The notes: a model not told the origin generated them from the letters alone. 64,000 bases of DNA from Eledone cirrhosa (GCA_964016885.1 OZ024740.1:111786001-111850000), one strand, 5' to 3'. Counted from the stretch's first letter, positions 14,257 through 28,374 are shown. Numbers and translations: made by a program.

Positions 14257-14450
14257 TACATGTATTTATACGTGTGCGAGTGTATATCTATCTAGCTATA
14301 TATATATATAGTTGTTATATAGTAAGGTGCATTATTGGTTGTGTAAAATGATTCAATAACTTTATGTTAGCAATATTAAGTTCTCCACGCTTTTGTATAT
14401 CTCCAATTCCATTCAAGAGAACAGCTAGATGATGTAAAACGGAGTAGAAG

Positions 14451-15929
14451 TATCAAAATGAAAATCCGAAGGCAAGGTAAAATTCCAATCATTTGATCAC
14501 GACACATGTTTCAATAAGAGGTAGATCGATTGTGAAGCCATGATCGATTATCACTGATCTCATCAGGTGAAAATGAATTGTCTTCAAATTCTTGATATGA
14601 GGAAGAGAAATAACGATGTTCTCTCACAGAATTCATTCCCTCATATGAAGACACACCAGTCAGAGACACGGCGACTGCTATTAACTTCAGTTGAGGTCAT
14701 AAAAGTTGTCAGATTTCTATCGTCGCAAAAGACGCTGGACATCAATCAAATCTGTAGGGATACAGTCAGTCACAGTTAATGTGAGAGGGTACACACACAT
14801 TCCACACTCACATACACCGGCTCGATGTCAAAGAAAAATATATACATATATATACACACATCAACACAGTATTAAACCTGTAGAGTTAGTGTGGGTGGGT
14901 ACACACACTCTCACACACACCGAAGCGATGTCCAAGAAAAAACAAATATAAGAATGTACCAAGACAGCACTCACCGAAAATTAGTTCACAAAACAACAGA
15001 AGCTATATTGGTCAAATTTCAATTTGAGGATGTAAATTGGAAATATAAGGTTAACCCCCCCCCCCCCCCCGCCCCACACACACAAACAAGTAAGTTCAGT
15101 TCAGTGTTCTGCTATCCGTGTATAGATTGAATTGTAACATCCATATCTTTTTAGAATACCTAGCTACTAAATAGTTAGATTGATTACACACTTAGTATAC
15201 CTAGTTAGTAATTGATTGCACACTCAGACATGATCGATTACGCACACCTACTTTTACTTTAAGATACCCTAACCATTGAGTTCTCTCAGTTGGGATATAG
15301 CTAGTCGTATTACACATTTAGTTAGGACTGATTACGCTCTCTATACATAACTCTACACACAGTACCCGTTTCCTTTAGACATTGAGCTCCCACAATTACG
15401 ACTGTCACGTTCCTACCGACTGAACACTACACCAGGTTTTGATCCGTGATCATCTCACCATGGAGGACTCAGAGTTACTGATTGAACAATAATACTGACA
15501 CACCATTAATGGGCCTACACACATCCTCTGGATTTTACTGTCCTGTGTTTTTTTACTTCACCTTCTGTGTTGGATAACACACCTCCACCACTCAAACAAC
15601 TATCTTAAAAGCTCATTGGCCCATATGACGGGGAATCGCACTTACGGACGCATTTACCCAATACCCAACCCTACACGGAGCACCTTGCTGCCCTTCATTT
15701 AGGTTGCTTGCACGCACGGATTTGGTGAATCGGATTCTCAATGGGACAGCGGTACATACTGAGTTCGATGTGAGCTGATTGCTTGCTCTTCACATGAATA
15801 TGTATATACCCGGACATACCCTTTTTTGGACGATTCGGATGTGTATATACCATAACATACACTTGAAGGTATGGATGTTACAATTCAATCTATACACGTA
15901 TAGGAAAACACTGAACTGAACTTACTTGC

Positions 15930-16016
<87 letters not shown>

Positions 16017-16642
16017 GGGCGTTGGTTAACCCAATATTTCCAATTTACATCGTCAAATTGAGATTTGACCAATATAGTTTCTGTTGTTTTGTGAACTAAG
16101 TTTCGGTGAGTGCTGTGTTGGTACATTCTTATATTTGTTTTCTTATATTTGTTTTTTCTCGGACATCGCTTCGGTGTGTGTGAGAGCGTGTGTGTGTACC
16201 CACCCATACTAACTCTACAGGGATACTACTGTGTTGATGTGTGTATATATATGTATATATTTTTCTTTGACCTGGAGCCGGTGTATGTGGGTGTGGAATG
16301 TATGTGTACCCACTCACATTAACTGTGACTGACTGTATCCCTACAGATTTGATTGATGTCCAGCGTCTTTTGCGACGATAGAAATCTGACAACTTTTATG
16401 ACCTCAACTGGAGTTAATAGCAGTCGCCGTGTCTCTGACTGGTGTGTCTTCAGATGAGGGAATGAATTCTGTGAGAAAACATCGTTATTTTTCTTCCTCA
16501 TATCAAGAATTTGAAGACAATTCCTTTTCACCTGATGAGATCAGTGATAATCGATCATGGCTTCACAATCGTTCTATGTCTTATTGAAACATGTGTCGTG
16601 ATTGAATGATTGCAATTTTACCTTGCCTTCGGATTTTCATTT

Positions 16643-16647
<5 letters not shown>
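14451..16647. mobile_element. Large inverted repeat (arms about 14451-15150 and 15866-16647), pLTR-like, with an HHR in each arm
   Basis: Arms are reverse complements, also seen as mirrored ORFs 14567..14779/16319..16531. The right arm ends at gata-(TA)n. Confidence 0.8.
16529..16600 (+). ncRNA. Type I hammerhead ribozyme motif (mirror copy 14498-14569, minus)
   Basis: cac-CTGATGA-gatcag...cttatt-GAAA-catgtgt-c-gtg; GUC site. Confidence 0.6.
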
Positions 16648-16684
<37 letters not shown>

Positions 16685-16687
<3 letters not shown>

Positions 16688-17196
16688 AATGTACACGTAC
16701 ATACATATATGTATACAGACGTACAGTAGTATGTATATATATATACATACATGCACACATATATATATGTACGTATGGATTCACCGAACATTTATTATAA
16801 TGCTCGGTGTGTTTGTAAACAAACATTCCGTATTAAGCCGTAGTGTTTAGCAACCATCGTTGCTCGTTTGTTCAACACTGACAAAGGAACGCTGTACTAG
16901 TTTCAAGCTTATTAGATATCGTCAGCAAAGTATACCTTCCTGCCAGATTGTTGAACGTCTGAAAGTATATACTTTCCTTATGTATATTAACGGCTGAGTA
17001 GCCCAATTTGCATATATTATAATAAATGTTCGGTGAATCCATACGTACATATATATATGTGTGCATGTATGTATATATATATACATACTACTGTACGTCT
17101 GTATACATATATGTATGTACGTGTACATACTTATATTTAAGTAACAGCCGTACTAAGAGTGGGAAATGAAATTTCATTTCATTTTTTCCGTTTATA
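16685..17196. mobile_element. Fold-back insertion of the 429-bp HHR family (family E)
   Basis: Minus arm about 16685-17014 (HHR 16890-16930) and plus arm about 17015-17196. Same family as 40631-43590. Confidence 0.8.
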
Positions 17197-17233
17197 TATA
17201 TATATATACAGACATATATTTATACATGTATGC

Positions 17234-17301
<68 letters not shown>

Positions 17302-17302
17302 T

Positions 17303-17350
<48 letters not shown>

Positions 17351-17353
<3 letters not shown>

Positions 17354-17465
17354 CGAAGGAAATGTGGTAAGGAACCAGGTGGACCATAACGCACCAAAGT
17401 ACTCAATACTTGAGTTAGCCGTCGAAACGGCTTGAGCTCAGCTGTCGGGGTCTTACTGGTTCCTA
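17351..17465. mobile_element. Family A pLTR fold-back fragment in (TA)n
   Basis: Minus-strand long end (taacgaagg..) joined to a plus-strand HHR 3' half ending ttccta-(TA)n. Confidence 0.75.
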
Positions 17466-17574
17466 TATATATATATATATATATATGCAGAGGCTATATT
17501 TAATTTGTTGAATTCAACAAGCTTAACATTTTTTATAACTGATATATATATATATAAATATATAAATATATATA

Positions 17575-17665
<91 letters not shown>

Positions 17666-17767
17666 GTAGGAACGAGTAGGACCCCGACGGCTGAGCTCAA
17701 GTCGTTTCGACGGCTAATTCTTGACTAAATGAAAATTGTTATCCTAGTATATGAATAGCCGAGCTTC

Positions 17768-19151
17768 AATTACCTTACCGCTACTTACGGCTGCCTTGGA
17801 CTTCGCCGAAATACTTGCGCCCATCACCGACCAGGAAAGAAACATCAGCCTCCACGCCAGGAAGACAGTCCTACTCTTCGACAACTCCAAATGGATAAAG
17901 AGAGCTCCCGACTCACCCTTCGACGTCAGAATGGGCGCGACGGATTCGGCTGAGGTCACAGATCTTATAGGATTATTCCTACTAGCTAAACTCACCGATA
18001 TGTTTCCTGCATTGGGCGGTGGATTGTGCCGTGATGATGGGCTCCTTACCCTTAAAGGGTACAACCCCAGTAGTACAGACCTGGTCCGTAAACAATTAAT
18101 CAGTTTCTTCCGCGACTGGGGATTTTAAATAACCCTACAAACGTCCCTGACTCGAGTAAACTTCCTGGACGTTACCCTTGACCTCGACAATGATCTGTAC
18201 TACCCATACAGGAAACCCAACGACAAGCTGCACTACATCCACCGCCGGTCAAACCATCCTAGGAACATCACCAATAACCTGGTTAAAAACATCTCCCTCC
18301 GCATATCTCGTTTGTCCGCTAATGAGCAGATATTCGAGGAACATGCGCCTTATTACAACCAGGCCCTCAAGCGGAGTGGTTTCCGGGAGGAAATATCCTA
18401 CTGTCCAGCTCCCATTAGCGGAACCAGCAGGCGACACCGCCGCTCACGCAATGTAACATGGTTCAATTCTTTCCCCAACGCCGAGGTGACAACTCCTATC
18501 GGGAAAATCTTCTTTACGCTCATTGAAAAACACTTCCCACTACAACACCGCTACAACAACATAATTAACAAAAATACCATCAAACTCTCCTACAGCACCA
18601 CACCAAACTTTGCACAAAACATCGTCCCCTCTAACAACAAAAAATTCAACCCCTATGGAAGAAATAACCTAAATAGCAGTGGAGAGCCGACCAGGAGGTG
18701 CAACTGTCCTGATGGATCCATTTGCCCCCTCGACAACAGATGCAGAGATCGTAATGTAATCTACCAGTGCAACGTGAGGACGGACACCTCCAACAAAGCT
18801 TATATAGGATTAACCGCATGTGACTTCAAGATCCGGCTATACCAACACAGACATACCTTCCGAAACCCGGCCCGGCGTGACACCACTAGACTTTCGAGCC
18901 ACATCTGGCACCTCAAGGATAACAATATTACCTATGATCTCACTTGGAGCTTACTGTCCAGAGCCAACTCTTACACGGGAGGACGCCGTCCGTGTAACTT
19001 ATGCTCGGAGGAAACTTTACAAATGCTGTTTTCGACGGACCAACTCCTAAACAAGAAAGATGAACTGGTAACTGCATGCAAACACAGATTGCGTAGGACT
19101 TACCTCGCCCTCAAACCCCATAATGACCCGGGGGGTAGACAAGGGCTATAA
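17768..19151 (+). pseudogene. PLE RT + GIY-YIG ORF with one in-frame TAA (18126-18128)
   Basis: One frame throughout: FDVRMGATDSAEV, GLCRDDGL, VNFLDVTL, SNHP, CNC-x5-CPL-x3-C, VIYQC..YIGLT..FKIRLYQH, CNLCSEE, ACKH. Confidence 0.9.
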
Positions 19152-20256
19152 CACCCCACTTGCCGACTTTGTAATAGGTAACCCCTACTTGCAAAGGTAG
19201 ACGTAAGATCTTCTTTTATATCTTTTTATCGTTTCTTCTATATTTCCTTCTTCCTCTATCCCTCCCTAGTACTTCAACCCCAGTCCTCTTTATTTGTCGT
19301 CGTCCTTTTCACTTTCTCGCCCAGCCGAGGCAGCCCCTCGCTTCTTTGTAGCCTCAGTACCCCACACACTTCCCCTATTCTATGATAGAATTGGCCGACT
19401 CCGCTTTTTATGGCAGATGTGATAGACCCCGGATACTTGCCTTCTTATCCGATGGCTGCCCCTTTTCCGTGCTTTCTACATTTCTTAGTGGTATATTTGC
19501 TTTAATTTCTCGTATACCACTATTTATTTATTTTTCCGTATCAAATTTTTTATATACTTCGTACGAGGATTTATGTAGTTTGCACTAGAATTTTTGTATC
19601 GTAGCGGCACCCTTAGAGATAGTATTAGTATTCTTTTTCGAGATTCTGAATTATTATTTCGTATTAGTTTATTTTTTGCACTGGGTGGTTGCTGGCCTTG
19701 TGCCTAGGGTAGAAACCATTATTTCGTGTTAGTCTCGGGACTCTGAATTATTATTTCATGGTAGTTTCTTTAGTATTCTGGCCCCCCACTTGTTGACCCG
19801 TCACCGTAAGATATACTCGGTTGATTACTACTACCTCTTAAAAGGGTCTCATTATAATTCCGTCCCACCTAGTAAACCTTTCTTTAGTCTAGCAGTACCA
19901 GTGAGAGACTTGATGGCTGTCCATAGGTTATAGTAACCAGAAATTGTTTTTTTTAAATATTTAATTGTTTTTTTTAACATTCTCGGTATTTTTCTATATA
20001 TTTACCCCATATTGTTTTACTTATTGTTTCGACTTCCTCCCCCTCCCCCTCCCTAGTATACTTCCTTGACCTCCTGCCCTGCGGTAGTTGGCACTATCAA
20101 CGCACGACTGGGTTTCCTCCACGCCCTCTCCCTCTTTCTTCTACTGGCAGGTTCAGCTACCCCCTCCTTCCACAAATTGCCATGATAGAATTATGTGTCT
20201 CAACAACAAACTTTTGACCAATCCTTGTGACAATCACTTTTACCATATATGGAATC

Positions 20257-20352
20257 ACCCCCTGAGAAGCTCGGCTATTCATATACCAGGATAAAAATTT
20301 TCATTTAGTCCAGAATTAGCCGTCGAAACGGCTTGAGCTCAGCCGTCGGGGT
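20257..20352 (+). ncRNA. Type I hammerhead ribozyme in the PLE 3' pLTR (family A), core CTGAGAA
   Basis: acccc-CTGAGAA-gctcggctattc...gaattagccgtc-GAAA-cggct(tgagctc)agccgt-c-ggggt. All three stems pair; GUC site at 20347. Confidence 0.8.
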
Positions 20353-20443
20353 CCTACTCGTTCCTATTACCCACTCTACTACCCTAAGTATTGAGTACTT
20401 TGGTGCGTTATGGTCCACCTGGTTCCTTACCACATTTCGTTCG

Positions 20444-20527
<84 letters not shown>

Positions 20528-20597
20528 AAAAAAAGATGAAATCGAAAATGCAACTGGAGTCTTATTTTTTTTTAAAATATATATATTTATTTGGTTC

Positions 20598-20633
20598 CTT
20601 TACCGGTTTCGCAGTTCTTCTACTTTTCAAAAG
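20598..20633 (-). ncRNA. Minimal hammerhead ribozyme with U3-A8 core
   Basis: ctt-TTGAAAA-gtag(aagaa)ctgc-GAAA-ccggt-a-aag; palindromic ACCGGT stem III. Confidence 0.65.
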
Positions 20634-20687
20634 TAGAGTTGAGATGGAGGGTCTGTGACTTTCACAGACCCTCCATCTCAACTCTAC
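20633..20687. repeat. Perfect 26-bp hairpin with 3-nt loop
   Basis: gtagagttgagatggagggtctgtga-ctt-tcacagaccctccatctcaactctac. Confidence 0.9.
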
Positions 20688-21153
20688 AGTATATTGTTTA
20701 GCTGCAACTGTCAGAGTTAGTGAAAATATATTATATTTTTCTAAAATATACAGTGACTGATTGACCTGATTTGCTTATTAGCAGACTGGCTGATCAGTCA
20801 GATCTGCATATTAGCAGACACACTGTTTGCTAGCTAACAAAAGAGGGGGGGGGGTCATTCTACTGACATATCCTAAAGCGGCTGTTTGCATAATTGCAAA
20901 CAAATCGAATATTATTATTAATATTTGAAAAGCTCAGGTTACATTTATTGTATTCACCCATCTAGAGCGATAAACTATTTGTTATGTATATATATATATG
21001 TATGTATATATATATGAATATATATATGAATATACATATGTATATATGTATTCCAAGAGATGTCAACATGAATGGACCTGTTATTTTTATCTAAATAAAT
21101 GTTTACCAATTCCACCCCGCCCGTCCCTTCAATCTATCTTATTTCTCATTCTT

Positions 21154-21190
21154 TCTTCTGATGAAGGACTAGCGTCCGAATCGTTAAGAG
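21154..21190 (+). ncRNA. Minimal hammerhead motif with GAAA mutated to GAAT
   Basis: tctt-CTGATGA-aggac(tagc)gtcc-GAAT-cgt-t-aaga. Confidence 0.6.
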
Positions 21191-21274
21191 CCTCTTTCTG
21201 TTATTTCAAGCATTAACCTAATATATTCCTTCCATATACTGTACCGATTGTGTTGTTATTTCTGTTTACCTTTT

Positions 21275-21397
<123 letters not shown>

Positions 21398-21761
21398 CAT
21401 ACAAACTTAGATACATACAAACATCCATAAGTATATACATTCATGCGTATATAAACACATAGATGACTGAAAGGTAATGCATATTTCGTTCGAAAGAAGT
21501 TGAGAAGATATGTAGTAATTGCAATGCCAAATTCCAGTCTCTAATTACACCAGCTAAATATGTCCTTGAAATCCGAGGACTGACACTTTTCCCGCTGTCT
21601 TTCTTTGGATGCCACATTTAGATTATAACATGTCTTTCATGTTCTGAGACCCCCTTCACATTCTCGCAGAAATTAGAGGAAATTTGACTGGTCGTTCTAA
21701 CAACCTCCTTTTCTCTGGGTTTTCAGGTCAGTAAGGCAAATACACTTTATATATATATATG

Positions 21762-21843
<82 letters not shown>

Positions 21844-22393
21844 CAATTAATTAAATAGATATAAAGCAGTATGTTCTAATTTTCTCAAAATAGCATCTAA
21901 GTAACTGTATGGGTTCATCCTTTGTATTTTGGTAGATAATTGTGTCTATTTGAACAAGGAATCTGGACCGGATAATAAAGCCAAATTGTCGATGCAAAAT
22001 TCCGTTAAGACGTAGATTGAATGTCGGATATTTTGAAAGAAGTAAACGCAGAGGTTCATACGGCTTGAGATTCCCTTTGATATGTGTGTAATGATAGTAA
22101 GTCATGGTGATTATTGTGCCTTATAGATGTTATACGAGGATATTTTGTAGTAAATAAATTTACTAAGCAACAAAAATAACGGAAAAGTGTACATGAATGA
22201 AATCAAAGATTCAAAAGATGGCGTTTATACATGATCACTCTATTGCCCCCGTCTCTCTTCGCCCTTTCTTTATCACTATTACACTAACATAAATAACATA
22301 TACATATATACATACATAAACACACACACACACACATACCTGTGTATGTAAAGAGAGACTGGTAAAAGAGCATTTCATCAGCATATACGTCCG

Positions 22394-22498
<105 letters not shown>

Positions 22499-22536
22499 CC
22501 TGTCTATATACATATTTTTCACTATATATATATATA

Positions 22537-22578
<42 letters not shown>

Positions 22579-22652
22579 AAAATGGAACGGGAACAAAACA
22601 GAGAGGCAGGACAAAGAAAGGTTTATTAGTTTCACGCTCTTGAGGGTGGGGT

Positions 22653-22842
22653 GAACGAAGGAGGTGTGGTAAGGAACCAGATGGACCATAACGCACCAGA
22701 GTAATCGATACTTAGGGTAGCAGAGTGGGTAATATAAAAACGTTTAACCCTGACGGCAGAGCTCAAGCCGTTTCGACGGCTATTCCAGAAATAGCCGTCG
22801 AAACGGCTTGAGCTCTGCCGTCTGGGTTAAATATTTTCCTAT
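22653..22842. mobile_element. Family A pLTR fold-back fragment
   Basis: Long minus arm plus a short plus arm ending ttccta-(TA)n. Confidence 0.75.
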
Positions 22843-23730
22843 ATATATATATATATATATATAACTATTCATACATACATGTATGCATGCATACATACTT
22901 TCATACATGCATACAAACATACATACATACTTTCATACATACATACATACAAACATACATATATACTTTCATACATACATACATATAAACATACATTCAT
23001 ACATACATACATACATACATACATACATACATACATACATACATACATACATACATACATACATACATACATACATACATACATACATACATACATACAT
23101 CGAAATAAAAGAGAGTGGGAGAGAATGAGAGATGCATGAATAAATAACGGTCTGATTGATTCACGCATAGTCAATGGTGGCTTTCATTGTAAACACATGA
23201 ATGACTTCACAATATGTAGAGAGCAATAGTAGAGTGGACAGAAACACACATACATATACAGCTACAGATACACAGGACAGCTACACACATATACATATAT
23301 AAGCACATACATAAATAGATACATACATATCCATGTACATAAATGCATACATAAATAACTACATATATACATACATGCATACATGCATACTCACATACAT
23401 ATCTGCATGCACACATGCATGCAACCATACATACATACATATATATATCTACATACGTACATGCATATCTACATACACACATACATACAAAAATAGACAC
23501 ATACATACATACATACATACATAAATACGTATCTACATACATACATACTTATATACATGCATACATACATACATACATACATACATACATACAAAGAAAG
23601 ACACATACATAAATAGATACATACATACATAAATACGTATCTACATACATACATACATGCATACATACAAAGATAGATACATAGGTACATAGATACATAC
23701 ATACATAAATATATATCTACATACATACAT

Positions 23731-24302
23731 GGTGGCTGCCAACTCGTTTTCGAGTACGGCCACTACTTTATATCCATGTAGGAGAACCCCTACCGATGCG
23801 CTGAACGAGTGTGGCTTTTTAGTCCAGCCAGCGACTTGAAAACTCTGGTACAAACACTACACTTGTGACAATTATTGACACATAGTGCTGGGCCCATGGT
23901 ACCATGTGACGACAAGTGCAGAGAGATCTCCAGATATAAAGCAATGCCTGTGTCGTGAAGCTTTTATAGTGAGCAAAGGCACTGCACAAAGCCAGTCCTA
24001 CTCTCTTAACCAATATGATATTTACCAAAAAGAAGAACAAGTCAACATCATTGGATACCATCATGGTTGCAGGTGTTATATCAGAGTTTTCCTTCTCCTA
24101 GAATTCTGCCTTGACAAAGGCTAAGGGGTTATCTCTCCCGGTGATTTTGGATGGCCATTGACTCTTAAGAGCTCCTTTGCTCTTTGACAGGTTTTGTTTT
24201 TAGTCCTGCAGAATGTCCAAAATCACCCTCCTCACCAAGAAACCTTGGTGGGGTTGGCAGTTTAGTCGCCAACGACCCGACCGTGAGACAGGTTGTACTG
24301 GG
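23731..24302 (-). mobile_element. Non-autonomous retroposon embedded in (CATA)n, longer copy
   Basis: Near-identical to 3361-3868 and about 65 bp longer at the 5' end. (CATA)n on both sides. Confidence 0.75.
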
Positions 24303-24694
24303 ATACATACATACATACACACATACATACATACATACATACATACATACATACATACATACATACATACATACATACATACATACATACATACACAGAC
24401 AGAGACATAGATACATACATAATTAAATATAAATTAACATACATACATACATATATAGATACATAGATACATACATATAAAGATAGATACATAGATACAT
24501 ACATAATTAAATATATATCAACATTAATACATACATACATACATACATACGTACATACATACATACATACATACATACATACATACATACATACATACAT
24601 ACATACATACATACATACATACATACATACGTTCATACATACTGATACATACATACATACATACAAACATACAAACATACATACTAATACATAT

Positions 24695-25020
24695 TTTTTT
24701 AAATGGATTTTTTTAATGGATTTTTAATGTATTTTTTTTAATTGATTTTTTTAATGGGTTTTTTTTAATGGCTTTTTTTAATGGGTTTTTTTAATGGCTT
24801 TTTAAATGGATTTTTTTTAATGGATTTTTTAATGAATTTTTTTTAATGGGTTTTTGAAATGGATTTTTTAATGGATTTTTTTAAATGGATTTTTTTAATG
24901 ATTTTAATGGATTTTTTTAAATTGATTTTTTTTAATGATTTTTTTTAATGGATTTTTTTTTAAATGATTTTTTTAATGGGTTTTTTTAATGGCTTTTTAA
25001 ATGGATTTTTTTAATGGATT
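24695..25020. repeat. Minisatellite of about 11-15 bp units (T5-8 AATGG A/G/C)
   Basis: Repeated ttttttaatggat variants, directly visible. Confidence 0.9.
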
Positions 25021-25267
25021 AGAAGAGGTGGGGGCAAGTTGGACAGGGTTGAGTGGCGGTGGGGGGTTTAATGGTGTTCCTCATGTTATACTCATTATTC
25101 AAAGCTGACAAGAAGAACGGCTCTGAGCTTTACATGTTAAACAGTGAACGTTGAAACTAACTCCGTGAAAGTACAACAAAAACAGAAGAAGGGAGTAGTG
25201 GCGTTTAGAGCGATGTAGGCGATGTTGATCATCAACACCATTATGACTCTGCTCTTGGTGAACATAT

Positions 25268-25375
<108 letters not shown>

Positions 25376-25414
25376 ATATTAAATAAATGGAAACTGTATT
25401 TATAAAACCATATT

Positions 25415-25475
25415 TATTCTATTATATATATTTCAAGGGTACCAACATTTTGGTACGCTATCATCAGATAAAATA
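25415..25475 (-). ncRNA. Hammerhead ribozyme (family B)
   Basis: Reverse complement homologue of 6661-6724 with CTGATGA and GAAA intact. Confidence 0.7.
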
Positions 25476-26639
25476 CAAAATGTTTTATAAATATTTGACA
25501 TAACCAAGGATAATATACCTTAACGGTTCAAGTTATCCCTGTAAAGTGAAGGGAAGAGAAAAAAGTCAGATATTTCAAATTATTAAGATGAGTATGCAAA
25601 TGAGGTTTATGTAAAAGGGCTGAAAAAACGTTATTTTAGACGCTATGGAAAATTTAAATTTGATAAGTTATTGAATGCGTAGGAAAGAAGAGAAAGGTGG
25701 AAGGGCTAGGATTTACGTTAATTTTGGGGGAAAGATTTGTTACCTATATTAGGAGTTATAATATTGTATATTTAATCAATTAGATTATATGAAGAATTAT
25801 GGTTGTAAGTATTTTTGTCTTATTAAATTTAGATAGGTTATATGTATACAAATATCTATATATATTAATAAATTACGTATGTATTAATTGTTTATATATC
25901 AAATATGAGTTACGAATAGTGTTGAATTTGTATTTTACTTTAAAAATATGTGGTTCAGGTTGTGAGAGTAGAATAATTTGTGGATTCAAACATTTTGGTC
26001 GACAATGAGAATGTTTTCAGAATATTGTTAATTTAACGAAGCTATATAGGTAATCAAACAAAAATCATTTTGCACGATTGAGAAAGGAAAGATAACTCCA
26101 ATTTTTTTTGTTAACCATTAAAATTAGAGAAAAAATTATATATTATTTTGTGTGAGATCCATTATTTTAGTCGAAAGATGTGTGAATGTTTGGATAACAA
26201 AAAGAGAGAGGAAAAATGTAATGTGTTTTTCGAAGAACTATCTTAAAGAGCATACATTTTCAGAACGTCATTTAAAGATTATCAATCTACATCTAAAATA
26301 TATTTATAGGGGTGTCCTTACAAAAAGAATGTCGGAATTAAAAATAATGTGGGAATTAAAAATGTCAGAATTAAAATGATGTAGGAATTAAAATATTATA
26401 AATCTTAGAGGTATCAAAAATTCATGAAATATTAAAAAATATTACAAAATATTAAAATATAAAAAATATTAAAAAGATTTACATTTAAATTTTTTTAAGA
26501 AAATAGGATCAGTTTGAAGGTTTATAGGTATATTATAAATTAAAAATAGTTCTGAACGTGGAATTTTGAGTGCTTTAAATCAGTTATAAACATTTATATT
26601 TGTTGAATTACCAACAAATTGAATATTCCTTCTGCTTAT

Positions 26640-26764
<125 letters not shown>

Positions 26765-26933
26765 CAAGGGGATATTTAATTTGTTGGTAATTCAACAAAT
26801 ATGTATATCTATAACTGATTCGAAGCACTCGACAAGTTTTCTGGAGTATAATATCAATGAATGATATCCAGGTAAAACTTGAACCGTGAAGGTCTCATTC
26901 CTGGATATGTCAATATTTATAAAACAGACTTTG

Positions 26934-26994
26934 TATTTTATCTGATGAGAGCTTACCAAAGTTTTGGTACCCTTGAAATATATATAATAGAATA
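26934..26994 (+). ncRNA. Hammerhead ribozyme (family B)
   Basis: tattttat-CTGATGA-gagcttaccaaa(gt)tttggtaccctt-GAAA-tatatat-a-atagaata. Confidence 0.7.
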
Positions 26995-27035
26995 AATATG
27001 GTTTTATAAATATAGTTTCCATTTATTAATATCAT

Positions 27036-27108
<73 letters not shown>

Positions 27109-27111
<3 letters not shown>

Positions 27112-27454
27112 TTTTAACCGTTGGTCAGTCAGTGATAAACATTGACTGCCAAATAAATTAACTGTGGAGATATAAAAGATGCAGAAGCGAAAACCAACCA
27201 AAGAGTGAGTGTGTTCTGTTATTATTTCTGGCAATGTGGATTGGCAGTATCGGTAGAGGGTCGGACGCCATGCTTTCCAGCATAGTTACGTCCCTTTACG
27301 ATCTGAGTTCAAATCCCGCCGAGGTTGACTTTGCCTTTCATCCTTACGGGGTCGATAAAATAAAGTACCAGTAATGAACTGGGTAATTGCTGGCCTTGTG
27401 CCTAAAGTAGAAACAAATATTATTACAACAATATGACCCTCCCCAAGTATAACA

Positions 27455-27458
<4 letters not shown>
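27109..27458 (+). mobile_element. Solo terminal fragment of the PLE at 1-2500, interrupted by a SINE
   Basis: 27109-27235 plus 27417-27458 are the reverse complement of about 2325-2500. Confidence 0.7.
27235..27417 (+). mobile_element. tRNA-derived SINE
   Basis: A-box-like tggcagtatcgg, B-box gagttcaaatccc, core gcctttcatcc..ggggtcgataaaataaagtacc. Several other copies in the window. Confidence 0.85.
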
Positions 27459-27522
<64 letters not shown>

Positions 27523-27983
27523 TGTTTGGTTTTTTTTAACCTACGGGTATTCCAGTTGTTTGATCAGCAGATCAGTTTGCTCCTGAAATTAACGTAAAGT
27601 TTATTGAGCATTCCACAAACATGTTTACACTTAACGTATTTCTCAGGTAACTCTCATGTTTTACCACCTCATTTGACTGAAGCGACGGAAAACAAATTGA
27701 CTTGTTGGAGGACAAAATGCACTAAGAGGAATCGAGCTCATATTCGTCTGTTGACACATTTGAGATATTTTCATCTATATTTGTGTACTTCACCAAAAGT
27801 CATAATTTGTCCTGTCTTTATTTCTACCTGTTTCATTACATCTTAATGTGCACTGGAATGAACGGTCTGAAACCTTAATGTACAGAAATGGTATGGATTT
27901 CCAGAGGTTGACTGAGAAAATGGGACTGTCAGTTAATTCGTTGAATTTTCCATTGTCTTTGTCGAGTGTGCATCCTTACTTTG

Positions 27984-28074
<91 letters not shown>

Positions 28075-28272
28075 AGAAGCAAAAATTTGCTTATCGTGAT
28101 CCATCTCAGTTTGTCACTCTACTTCCTACCTCTACCCCTTCCTCTCCTCTCTCTATACTATTCCGTTTGTCCCCTCACCTTCTGATTCCTATCTCTCTAT
28201 ACTAGTAAATACAATTCCAAATAAATGTTTTTCTCTATATATCAAGAATTATTTCAAGAGTAACTTACTCAC

Positions 28273-28374
28273 TATTTTGAAAATTTGGACTGTGAACAAC
28301 AATCATAATTGAGTGGCTGCTATTTGCAGTATAGCAATATAAGGCTGCACTTACCAATGAAACGGTCGTAAATA
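28273..28374 (+). ncRNA. Hammerhead motif with U3-A8 core and long stem II
   Basis: tatt-TTGAAAA-tttgg...ccaat-GAAA-cggtcgt-a-aata; ends shortly before a (TA)n tract. Confidence 0.5.

Larger units (their letters stand above)
17667..20446 (+). mobile_element. 5'-truncated Penelope-like element (Naiad-type features) with inverted 5' pLTR piece, RT 3' half, GIY-YIG endonuclease and 3' pLTR
   Basis: About 17667-17767 is the reverse complement of about 20266-20366. Flanked by (TA)n on both sides. Confidence 0.9.

Noticed and set aside
24255-24302. HDV-like ribozyme at the 5' end of the (CATA)n element (minus: cagt..acc tgtctcac ggt..gg cga ctaa actg)
   Set aside because: The J4/2 and P2-like parts are suggestive, but the P1 5' strand is absent and the P2-P3 spacing and L3 do not fit well. 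It needs a full-length consensus.
24695-25020. Telomeric or centromeric repeat
   Set aside because: The unit is not TTAGGG-like, and the array is short with variable T-runs; it is an ordinary minisatellite.
25545-26560. Decayed PLE coding region between family B arms
   Set aside because: The position is suggestive, but I could not read any reliable RT or GIY-YIG motif.
27235-27320. tRNA gene
   Set aside because: The A/B boxes belong to a multi-copy SINE head; no full cloverleaf is evident.
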